Positions 8,101 through 15,594 of a DNA stretch of 36,433 bases are shown piece after piece (positions within the stretch are counted from its first letter, which is position 1; each line of letters starts with the position of its first letter). The stretch spans positions 1 to 36,433 of the IMG/VR virus record IMGVR_UViG_3300037847_003348. The stretch is one strand, 5' to 3'. Both the position numbers and the translations under genes were made by a program. The notes beneath the pieces were generated by a model. It was not told the DNA's origin. It saw nothing but the letters and a program-made list of their open reading frames with translations, and ran no database searches. Source of the DNA: a virus (Duplodnaviria > Caudoviricetes).

Positions 8101-8581
8101 ATTTTTGCAAAACAAAATCCGCTGTGCCTGTGCCAGAAGACAATGAAACAGCAGGTATTATTCGGCTTTTGTATATCTCTCTACCTCCAGTAGTGTTTGC
8201 AAACTCTGGGTTCCAAGCCGTAGTACCATCGGTAGTATCATGCGTTACTAATTCTAAATTTAACTCATCTTTAAGCAAATAACCTGTAATTGCAGTTGTA
8301 GATGCGTTTTGTAAAGTTCTGTCAAATTGAAATGTTAGTCCTGAAAATGTAACATCATCTGGAATTACGTTACCGTTACTGTCTAAAACTTCATTACGCT
8401 CTGGTACTTTTATGTTAAATATTGCTGCGGTTTCACCTGCGCCTCCTGTAGCAACAAGCGGAGCAGTTGTATCACTTTCATTATTGTCAGTACCTGCGTT
8501 TTTATCAACATAAGTATCTGTAATCAAAGCAGTTCCTGCTGTTGTCGTATTAATAAATCCTGTGTCTCCTGTTTGTCCCAT
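5153..8581 (-). CDS. Large beta-rich tail/distal tail protein (1142 aa)
   Basis: Thr/Ser/Gly/Asp-rich; repeated GDxIxI...E...RG..ST...H module; position after the tape-measure candidate. Confidence 0.7.
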   Translation of the reverse strand: MGQTGDTGFINTTTAGTALITDTYVDKNAGTDNNESDTTAPLVATGGAGETAAIFNIKVPERNEVLDSNGNVIPDDVTFSGLTFQFDRTLQNASTTAITGYLLKDELNLELVTHDTTDGTTAWNPEFANTTGGREIYKSRIIPAVSLSSGTGTADFVLQKLDVNDITFGSEFQFILYSSVNMTIGMMDGAEADRPKIKVFFNKPTPEPPTIQVVPDAGGINGIIKITPSKDEAVVKHRIDTSVDTTTVSTDFTDIGRTEILTTELTEDAGTAIYNASGGSEVAYEHLFPLAFDSGNSIDTTGNSTGDTPARTTFRLYAEDNYNTDTNGGSSNIVTIRRPAITMTDSATGAINIGDENVFTLTTSKNATTGAGLGDFEGQFTEYAFHPSVDDIVADTGATVASGTLNSSNIQHEFSSEVPFEIGDLIKIDSEYLRIVGFEGGSSPNNRVTFVRGALGSTAASHSSGASIFKVDDTKFLFTKLTNPTSLHTFSYKYPKAKTSHTAVAYVKDANGFRSDPAHIAVNVSESNPIAKLSASRTKVPYAQYGDNVAGLTLSLSNSKAIGSDNELTHHLFSYRVGKGSNSSTEPQPIACANGLTNDNSCFDSGSKRVAIVNVGAVEDHSDAKFKIFGVASFQADNTSPTSDINTGGTFSHYKYVSETITVNAQRLTETVSTNFYKSIDCIVAVDISSNDVEVTRYVLKVANADVETNDVALLNGTVNNATQTNIVVDDPDTQNYDVGDFILVKGSDTSGSDEIMQIRTIASSTNLTVYRGMMFSTPVTHGNNTPVKVINHNMFINRDLRIAGNESVVPTTNDGAYWRWGGFARIVGDSSGDGIDFDTDETIELQTVLDANSTGTSALDWYNHGFLEGDIIKVGNTTNNGTYTAPKYFKIMRMFNSGADPLITAARDSIEVADSTDLLTDDEALFITTSIGTQNTDTAADIVRFDNAMNPSRTVTLSSFNSSSDTYDGEADDFLFAGGVIDANNTGTDPTAATAPWIHRDAYTETIVRGVTPRTLDLDSLAVSDIAILDTSISRSGGINSAMALGDRKYPIAGFNTKLGDITMSANIRILTQAGFRQIWSLVEGDRYDFVFLDSNEIDSPATVYKSYRLKLSSGSINKSPDNAAQYTARLSFIVVGEEIA

Positions 8582-8582
8582 A

Positions 8583-9311
8583 TTACTCCACTAAAAATGC
8601 CTCAAATATTCTGTTGTTTTGTATGTCAAATCCTGTAATTGCTTCTATACCTTCTATTAATGCTTCAAACTTTCTAGTTACTGGGTCTAATTTTCTATCC
8701 AATGCCATAAGTTTATCATTAAAAGATTCAATTTCTCTACCTGCATGAGCTAAAGCTAGGGCTGCACCTAAAACTAAAACTGCAAATTTAATAAAAGGAT
8801 TTTTTAACATGGCTGCTGTTTGTAGTTTTATAGCTGCTGTACCGCCTTGTGTAGCCTTAGTAAACACAGTTTGAGCTGCGGCTGCTGCGTATTGTGCTAC
8901 TTTATAGAATCTTAACATTGCAATAGTTTTTTCTAAAGCACTTGAATATTTTTCTTGTTGTTTTACTTCTTTACGCAATTTTTCTGCTTCTTCTTCCGTA
9001 ATTTCGCCACTTGCTAGTTTAGAATCTATTTCTTTGTACCTTGCAGAAATCAACTGATTTGTTGCACTTGTCGCAGCTTCCATAATCATCAAAGATTCTA
9101 TGTTTTTTACTGAGTTGTTTTGCGTAGATTTTGCACTTTTTTCACTAGCCTTACGTAATTTATCCATTGCCTCAGCGTGGCCTTCTGTACGAGCTTTGCC
9201 TTTTTGCATTGTAGCACCAAGTTTAGTATATTTAGTATCTACAACATCAAGCACTTCGATACCATCAGCTTTAATTCTTACAGCTAACAATGCCACATCT
9301 TCTTCAGCCAT
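8583..9311 (-). CDS. Short tape-measure-like protein (242 aa)
   Basis: Follows tail tube and chaperone; LAVRIKADG start; helical Ala/Lys-rich with a hydrophobic segment. Confidence 0.55.
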   Translation of the reverse strand: MAEEDVALLAVRIKADGIEVLDVVDTKYTKLGATMQKGKARTEGHAEAMDKLRKASEKSAKSTQNNSVKNIESLMIMEAATSATNQLISARYKEIDSKLASGEITEEEAEKLRKEVKQQEKYSSALEKTIAMLRFYKVAQYAAAAAQTVFTKATQGGTAAIKLQTAAMLKNPFIKFAVLVLGAALALAHAGREIESFNDKLMALDRKLDPVTRKFEALIEGIEAITGFDIQNNRIFEAFLVE

Positions 9312-9856
9312 TATTGAATTACCATCCCTGCTTCTTTAGTGCGTTTATCAAGTATGTGTTTAGCTACTAACGCTTTTTCAGAAGTCATAATACTTACATA
9401 ACTAAGCAAAGTATCCACGTCATTTGAATCTAATATCTCCATCATATACTTAACATCGTCAAAAGACATCTTAGGTTCATCAATAATAAACTGCAACATA
9501 GTATAATTCATAGGCCTCATCTTAACACTAAACTCATCTAAGCGTTTATATTCACTTTCAGTCAACTCTTGCCCCCCAACATATTTGTTTACTAATGGTG
9601 TAAACTCAGGCAACGCTTGTTCTAATTCTGTTTGTAACACGTAATTACGACTTTCTATTTCTTGCCAATCAGATTGTGTCAATCTTTTTAGTACTATTTT
9701 AGGTGCTTGTGTTTTGTAAAACCATCTACGCCATCCTTTTGGTTTGTACAATCGAGCTAAACTAGGCAGTAGTATCTCCTTGCGTTCCCAGTAATCTTCT
9801 CTTACTGCTCCTACGTCAAGTAGAGGGGCGTCTAACTGACCTATGACTCTTGCCAT
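9311..9856 (-). CDS. Putative tail assembly chaperone
   Basis: Synteny between tail tube and tape-measure candidate; helical. Confidence 0.5.
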   Translation of the reverse strand: MARVIGQLDAPLLDVGAVREDYWERKEILLPSLARLYKPKGWRRWFYKTQAPKIVLKRLTQSDWQEIESRNYVLQTELEQALPEFTPLVNKYVGGQELTESEYKRLDEFSVKMRPMNYTMLQFIIDEPKMSFDDVKYMMEILDSNDVDTLLSYVSIMTSEKALVAKHILDKRTKEAGMVIQ

Positions 9857-9864
9857 TTACCTAC

Positions 9865-11133
9865 CTATAATGTAAAGTCTGCACTTATTGCATATGCACT
9901 AAAATCTTTGATATCTCCTGCACCTCTAAACTTGATGGACATTGTATCTACAATCTCTCCACCGCCTGTTAAAGGTCTTGAAAAAGCAGTTATTGTACCG
10001 TTTGTCAATGCAATACTGCCTGATGTACCAAAGTCTAATCTGATAAGAGGAATAGTTCCTCCTGATTTGTATAAATCATAATACGTTTCATCTTCTGCTG
10101 TCATTGTAAGGTCTAGCGTAATGTCAGCTTTACCTCTTGAAATCTTGTTGTTTTGTAAAAACTTAGTGCCAGTCTTACCAGGAATAGAAACATTGTTGTT
10201 CATAACCTTTAATGAAACTGTTTTAAGATTTTTAAATTCGCTTGTCATGTTAGTTGTTGCAAATATGTCTCTTGCGCTTGTAGCATCATAAATTCCTTTT
10301 AGTAAGTTAACTGCACTGCTAGAACCTCCTGCTGGTGCTGAACAAGACCAACTGCCATCTCCATCAATTGTGCCTGCTAAAGAAGTTAAATTTACAGATG
10401 CAATGTCTATAACTCCGTCTGAACTTATTGAAGTATCTAATCCACTATTGTCAAACAAGCGTACAAACTTTTCACCTACTTCAATGTAACCTTTACTGTG
10501 AGTAGTTGATATATTTATTTTGTTAGTGTCTGCTGCTAAGCCAACGCTTACTGTCAAGTCTGTTGGGATTAGTGGGTCTGCACTAGGACTTGCTGGAAAA
10601 ACAACGCCAGAATAATCTTCTGTATAAAAGTCACCGCCAGTAAAATTACCGTCAGTATCGTCTTCTGTATATTGTGCAGTACACTGCGCATCTAGTGTAA
10701 TAAATCCACCAGTTGTGTAATCTGCTTCTAAAGTAACTTCATTAGGAACAACGCCTGCTACTAATGTAAAATCACCACCTGTCTCTTTTGCTAATATAGC
10801 TAATGAGTCTACAGTGTTTGTCAATTTTAAAGGATAGTTGACAGTGCCACCGCCTTCTGTAAAGCTAGTGCCTCCTATAGCTCTACCCAATAATGCCTGC
10901 CATCCTGTGCCTTGACAAGCTACCTTTATCGGAAGAGATACTGCAATAGGTCCAGCCGCGTGAAATGCATCCGTTGACTGACCAATGCTAGGAACAGGAG
11001 TTATATTTCTCTCTACCGCTCTAGGGTCAAATGTGTCCAATAGACCAAAGTGTGACAAAGCAGAAGCCGCTGGATTCCCATACGCCGCCTCAGCCTCGTA
11101 AGCCGCCTCTACGTTTTGTGTGATTCTTACCAT
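9865..11133 (-). CDS. Major tail tube protein (siphovirus-like)
   Basis: N-terminal EAAYG-P motif; beta-rich; synteny; no sheath gene present. Confidence 0.7.
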   Translation of the reverse strand: MVRITQNVEAAYEAEAAYGNPAASALSHFGLLDTFDPRAVERNITPVPSIGQSTDAFHAAGPIAVSLPIKVACQGTGWQALLGRAIGGTSFTEGGGTVNYPLKLTNTVDSLAILAKETGGDFTLVAGVVPNEVTLEADYTTGGFITLDAQCTAQYTEDDTDGNFTGGDFYTEDYSGVVFPASPSADPLIPTDLTVSVGLAADTNKINISTTHSKGYIEVGEKFVRLFDNSGLDTSISSDGVIDIASVNLTSLAGTIDGDGSWSCSAPAGGSSSAVNLLKGIYDATSARDIFATTNMTSEFKNLKTVSLKVMNNNVSIPGKTGTKFLQNNKISRGKADITLDLTMTAEDETYYDLYKSGGTIPLIRLDFGTSGSIALTNGTITAFSRPLTGGGEIVDTMSIKFRGAGDIKDFSAYAISADFTL

Positions 11134-11135
11134 TT

Positions 11136-11597
11136 TTAATTTACCACCTCATAACTTGTGATTTCACAGTTAAGAACATAACGAAACCAACGTCTGTTTT
11201 TGTCAGACTGGTCTGTGCGACTAAGAAGCTTGATGCTTGCATAATCGCTACTAAGTGCGGTTCCTGCACTCTTTGAATGCGCCGCGTGAATGATGTGTAC
11301 TACACCTTGATACAGATTTCTAAGCCTTGCTCGACTTACTGCTGTTGATATATCCACTGTAATAGTTGCACTGTGTTTGTCAATGCCTTTACCTATTCCT
11401 AAGAACTCGTGATTTGATGCCGTCTCATAGCATCTAATAATGTCTCCACCTTTTAAATTATGTTTACCTATATCCCATGATTCATCTATTGTTGGGGTTG
11501 TACCTACGCCACTTGCTACCGCTGACCAGTTATCACTCAACAAATCAACTACTGCTGATACAGGGTCTGCCAGTGTCGCATAGGTTGCTGCCATCAA
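11136..11597 (-). CDS. Putative tail terminator/neck protein
   Basis: Size, synteny, alpha/beta pattern (ITVDIS...RYVLNCEI). Confidence 0.5.
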   Translation of the reverse strand: MMAATYATLADPVSAVVDLLSDNWSAVASGVGTTPTIDESWDIGKHNLKGGDIIRCYETASNHEFLGIGKGIDKHSATITVDISTAVSRARLRNLYQGVVHIIHAAHSKSAGTALSSDYASIKLLSRTDQSDKNRRWFRYVLNCEITSYEVVN

Positions 11598-12325
11598 TAT
11601 ACGTTATCTAAGGCGGTCCTCCCTACGCCAAATCCACCAACAGCTCTTGCCATTGCCAAACCTCTATCTAATCTGCCACCGTCTTTCAACACCTTCATTG
11701 CCATCTCTTCAAATCGCTGTGAACGTGCTGCGTTGTCCATAGAATCATCGCCCTCTTGCATCAGATTTAAATCGTCATTCATTGCAATCATTGCTGCTGT
11801 AAAATAGATAGTTGCTAGTTTTATATCATCTGGAGTAGAAGCAGTTCTGTATCTGTACGTAACATACGCATCTACGCCTTGTGGGCTGCTGTTTAACATA
11901 TTAAGTGTAGCATAATTATCAATATAGACAATACCACGCTCTGTGTCTACCCACCAATCCTTGTTTACAGAATCTGTAACTGTATTAGTTCCAGTTTTGT
12001 TTGCAACATATTCTACATACGCAGAACCGTCCCAGACATTCAAAGCATCTGTACCGCTTGCTAATCCTATAATCGGATAATGTTCTAGTTGTATTCTACC
12101 CCTAGAGTTTATTACATTAGACCTTACTAATTGTATTCTTGCTCTTTCGTTTGTCACTGTACCTGCTCTTGATGTAGCCCATGCGTGATTTGTTAGCTCA
12201 TCCACACGTGCTTCTGACATCTCAATAAATGAATCTACAACGGTGTTAGTTGGCGTAGTAGAACCGCTAAATGCATCTACCTGAAGAAATTGTGCTACTT
12301 GAGTTGCAGTACAGTAAGCTACCAT
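11594..12325 (-). CDS. Head-tail adaptor (gp6/gp15-like)
   Basis: N-terminal YCT..QV...L and C-terminal VTY.Y....P.DIKLA motifs. Confidence 0.7.
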   Translation of the reverse strand: MVAYCTATQVAQFLQVDAFSGSTTPTNTVVDSFIEMSEARVDELTNHAWATSRAGTVTNERARIQLVRSNVINSRGRIQLEHYPIIGLASGTDALNVWDGSAYVEYVANKTGTNTVTDSVNKDWWVDTERGIVYIDNYATLNMLNSSPQGVDAYVTYRYRTASTPDDIKLATIYFTAAMIAMNDDLNLMQEGDDSMDNAARSQRFEEMAMKVLKDGGRLDRGLAMARAVGGFGVGRTALDNVY

Positions 12326-13083
12326 TATAGTATCCTACTCAATGCTGTATTCATCAACTTTTCGCCTGTAGTTGCTACAACCATACCATTCATGTCGATT
12401 GGTTGTCCTGCCATGTTCCAGCCGATTGCTCCAACTGGTAACGTAAGGTATCCTTGCTGTTGTGCCAATGGTGGAGGTCCTCCGCCATTTGCTGTGTAAA
12501 ACTGTTCTCCATTAGCTAGTGTATCTATCTGTGGAGGTGGTAATTGCCAAGCTTGAGGTTGGGCGGCTGCTGTACCGACTCCGAACCATGTCCACGGTTT
12601 GAACATACTTGCGCCGCCCTGCATAGGCATCTGCTGCTGCATATATGGGTTTGGCATCATTGGTTGTTGAGTCACGGCAGGAGCTTGTTGGAGTTGGCCA
12701 TTATCACCGTAAGGATTTTGCCAGTTTAGGACAGAATGATGGGCATTGTCCTCGGAGGCCCACTCCTCATGCAAGGTGAGACGAGCATTAAGCTCCTCCG
12801 CAGCCTCGTCACCATACATAGTTCTAGGATGCCAGTCTATCTGTGTGTTATAGACTTTCTTTAAAAATTCCATGTTGTCTGCTAAATCTGTAGGAACTTG
12901 TACGTCTGTTTCCTTACATAGTGCTTCTAACATCTCTACAGAGTTCTTAATGACTGGATACAAATATTGTACCATTCTCATTGTTGTATTCTCTGCTGCC
13001 TTTGCATCGTAATCTGGATGCTGTATCTTATCTACCGCTACAGGGTTTAAGTATCCTGATGGGCTTCCTGCATATCCGCTCAT
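12325..13083 (-). CDS. Gln/Pro/Met-rich protein of unknown function (~252 aa)
   Basis: ORF track (TTG 13095); ATG 13083 with GGAGG is the likelier start; low-complexity C-terminal half. Confidence 0.8.
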   Translation of the reverse strand: MSGYAGSPSGYLNPVAVDKIQHPDYDAKAAENTTMRMVQYLYPVIKNSVEMLEALCKETDVQVPTDLADNMEFLKKVYNTQIDWHPRTMYGDEAAEELNARLTLHEEWASEDNAHHSVLNWQNPYGDNGQLQQAPAVTQQPMMPNPYMQQQMPMQGGASMFKPWTWFGVGTAAAQPQAWQLPPPQIDTLANGEQFYTANGGGPPPLAQQQGYLTLPVGAIGWNMAGQPIDMNGMVVATTGEKLMNTALSRIL

Positions 13084-13154
13084 AATTTCCTCCAATATAT
13101 GTTTTGCTTTACACCGTCACAGTGTAATGTAAATCTAAGTAATGTAGGCTTCAT
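13080..13154 (-). CDS. 24-aa coupling mini-ORF
   Basis: MKPTLLRFTLHCDGVKQNIYWRKL; ATGA overlaps at both ends. Confidence 0.4.
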   Translation of the reverse strand: MKPTLLRFTLHCDGVKQNIYWRKL

Positions 13155-13513
13155 AGTCCAAACCTCCTATTCTGACGGGTTGACAAAGCCGAGAGATACT
13201 CATCGTAGTCGCGCTGGTGTAATTTACAGAATCCGCCTCCTGTAGTCATACCACAATAAGGACACTCGTCTTTGCCATGTTTCCGCCTTAACCCCCACCA
13301 CTTTCGTGATAGCCTTTTATGTCTCATAGTGAGACGTTTCACATACAAGTCCAGTTCATCATCAGACATTGCTTCCGCTGTTGGCATCATCTGTTGTTGT
13401 ACTGGTTGTCTTGTAAGAACATTAGGGGCTGGAGCCACCTCTCGTGCTGGTTCCTCAGGTTGTGTGTGTTGAGGTTTGCGTACTAGGGTCGTCATCTGTG
13501 GTGGTCCAGCCAT
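13151..13513 (-). CDS. Gln/Pro-rich protein with CxxC...CxxH Zn finger
   Basis: CPYCG...FCKLH; GGAGG RBS. Confidence 0.8.
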   Translation of the reverse strand: MAGPPQMTTLVRKPQHTQPEEPAREVAPAPNVLTRQPVQQQMMPTAEAMSDDELDLYVKRLTMRHKRLSRKWWGLRRKHGKDECPYCGMTTGGGFCKLHQRDYDEYLSALSTRQNRRFGL

Positions 13514-13587
13514 CAGTCTAAGTCCTCCTTATGGTCTCTATATGCTTCCATAAGTTTTAACATATCTCTAAGCCATCGCATTTTCAT
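13513..13587 (-). CDS. 24-aa amphipathic mini-ORF
   Basis: MKMRWLRDMLKLMEAYRDHKEDLD; overlaps both neighbours. Confidence 0.45.
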   Translation of the reverse strand: MKMRWLRDMLKLMEAYRDHKEDLD

Positions 13588-13967
13588 AGTCCACCCTTTC
13601 TCATCATTTGTGCTGTCCTTGTCGCAGCTTGTCCTACCTGTACTTCAGGACTGACAAAGGCTTTGACTACCAATGCTTTGATTGTTGATAATATTACACT
13701 TACAGCTAAGACAAACATTAGGAATCCATTGTATAACCAAGCAACTCCCCATATTGCCATACCGTATTCTGTAACTACTGTATCATAATAATAACCTACA
13801 TAAAGTCCGATTCCACCAAATGCAAGGCCTAAACCCATTATCCATACACATCTTTTGAACCAAACCCATTCTATGTATCTACAGAACTCTACGTCCTGTT
13901 GGCCTCCTGCACCCATTGTGCTAGGATACCTGCCAGTGCTAAACAACATATTTCTTATAAATTTCAT
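13584..13967 (-). CDS. Two-TM membrane protein
   Basis: Two long hydrophobic segments; GGTGA RBS. Confidence 0.8.
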   Translation of the reverse strand: MKFIRNMLFSTGRYPSTMGAGGQQDVEFCRYIEWVWFKRCVWIMGLGLAFGGIGLYVGYYYDTVVTEYGMAIWGVAWLYNGFLMFVLAVSVILSTIKALVVKAFVSPEVQVGQAATRTAQMMRKGGL

Positions 13968-14788
13968 GGTCTCACCACATCTACGTATGCATTCTTTTGC
14001 GAATCCATCTTTTCGTACATATCACGCTTAAACTCCCTAGAGAGTTGATAAGCGACCTCGTATCCGATTGGTTCCGCTCCATCAGGCATAGGTATCCATT
14101 TTGGATGATACGTATATATACTTATCCGTCTAAAGTTAGGCTTGAAGTCTAATTTGTCATCGTGAAACTCAATGTAGGCTTTCTGTGCAAAACCTTCCTC
14201 GTCTACTAATGATTCTAAACTGTGCTGAGAAAGTACGGCATTAACCGTATTTTCTATGTTTTTAACAGGAACCATTTTAGAAATAGAAACAGGTGTCTCC
14301 CATCTGAATATGTCTGAGGGTGTCAAATTCTCTACAACTGAATGAAGCAATTCATCACAGGAGACAATTGCCTCTGACATATCAAACGTTTTAAGCCTTA
14401 CGCCTTTTAGACTAAAATCTTTAACTTTTCCTTTAATTTGTCCTGCTTCGTTAGATATTTTTATCCAATCATCTATAGCAAACTCTGTTTTGTATGCTAC
14501 AGTCAAAAAGGATAATGCTCCATTAACAGGACTGTACTGGGAAAATGCAGCGTAAGTAAGTGCTGAAACGCCTACTATATACTCGGTCCGTGCCAATAAC
14601 CCACTATACATCAGAAGCCCTACTCCAAAGACTAAGGCTCCTAAAACTCCAAATACTTGCGCTGCTGCTTTTCCTTGTAAACTTCTAATTTTGTAATCAG
14701 TAAATGCTGACTTTTTTGCTCTAGCTACCGCTCCAGAAACTCCTAACGCTACTGCGATAAACCATGCAAAAACTAGACCCTCATCCAC
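13964..14788 (-). CDS. mscS: MscS-family mechanosensitive channel-like protein
   Basis: Three TM segments, then F...DWIKI...GKVKDFSLKGVRLKTFD...IVS...L...VENLT (MscS beta domain) and an alpha/beta C-terminal domain. Confidence 0.75.
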   Translation of the reverse strand: MDEGLVFAWFIAVALGVSGAVARAKKSAFTDYKIRSLQGKAAAQVFGVLGALVFGVGLLMYSGLLARTEYIVGVSALTYAAFSQYSPVNGALSFLTVAYKTEFAIDDWIKISNEAGQIKGKVKDFSLKGVRLKTFDMSEAIVSCDELLHSVVENLTPSDIFRWETPVSISKMVPVKNIENTVNAVLSQHSLESLVDEEGFAQKAYIEFHDDKLDFKPNFRRISIYTYHPKWIPMPDGAEPIGYEVAYQLSREFKRDMYEKMDSQKNAYVDVVRP

Positions 14789-15269
14789 TGTTTTTTCCCT
14801 TCTTTGCTATCTTGTCAATATGCGGACCTTGTTCCGCTTCTAACAACTCACCAGTGTTTGGATTAATATATCCACCAGCCTGTGCTGGCATAGGCATTGG
14901 TTGTTGCTGTTGTTGATATTGTTGGTATGGAATCATGTTAGGCGGTATGGGTTGTCCCACATGACCGTCACGGTTCATGTCCCAGCCTGTTCTGTTTTCC
15001 ATGTAGTTCATTGCATTACTGAACATTCCTTGGTTTTGATAGCCCGAAGGTTTTTTCTTTCTCTCTGCAAATTCTTCTAAATCTTGCGAATCTGCTATTG
15101 TGGAGAGTATGGTATATGTGAAAGCACCACTTACCGAACCAAACCAAAGAGCGTCATTGTATGCCATGCCGCCCACATACATTAAAGTGAATGCGTTAGC
15201 TATGAAAACTAACAAGGCACTCAACCTGTTGTATGATTGTTTTATTTTGTGCTTAATCGTTTCTTCCAT
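14781..15269 (-). CDS. Two-TM membrane protein with DxNxDG motif and Gln/Pro-rich tail
   Basis: Two hydrophobic helices; DMNRDGHVG EF-hand-like loop; poly-Q/P region. Confidence 0.8.
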   Translation of the reverse strand: MEETIKHKIKQSYNRLSALLVFIANAFTLMYVGGMAYNDALWFGSVSGAFTYTILSTIADSQDLEEFAERKKKPSGYQNQGMFSNAMNYMENRTGWDMNRDGHVGQPIPPNMIPYQQYQQQQQPMPMPAQAGGYINPNTGELLEAEQGPHIDKIAKKGKNSG

Positions 15270-15594
15270 TCTCGATTTCCTCTTTTGCTCTTAGCGTCAC
15301 AAACCGCGCAGTGTAATAATTCCACGGCCTGTTTGCTTTAGTCTTTATACCTGCATCGTTTAAATACTTTGCTATACCGCCATATGTATAGCCATCTTCT
15401 CTTAATTGTACCATTTTTTTACAAACTAACCATTCTACTTTTGTAGCTCCAAACCGTATAGAGCGATAAGGTCGCTTTCTAGCTGTTTTAACAGCACTGA
15501 AATTACTATCTGATGAAGAACCCATGCCGTACCATATCGTGCCTTTAAACGCCCTTTGAGGGCCTTTCATACCTATTTCTTCCTTAGGCCTCAT
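15253..15594 (-). CDS. Standalone serine-recombinase 'Recombinase' DNA-binding domain protein
   Basis: LREDGYTYGGIAKYLNDAGIKTKANRPW matches the PF07508-type pattern; no catalytic resolvase domain. Confidence 0.65.
   Translation of the reverse strand: MRPKEEIGMKGPQRAFKGTIWYGMGSSSDSNFSAVKTARKRPYRSIRFGATKVEWLVCKKMVQLREDGYTYGGIAKYLNDAGIKTKANRPWNYYTARFVTLRAKEEIENGRND

Noticed and set aside
9311-9856. Programmed frameshift in the tail chaperone
   Set aside because: Its stop overlaps the next start (TAATG), leaving no separate extension ORF, and no clear slippery heptamer was seen.
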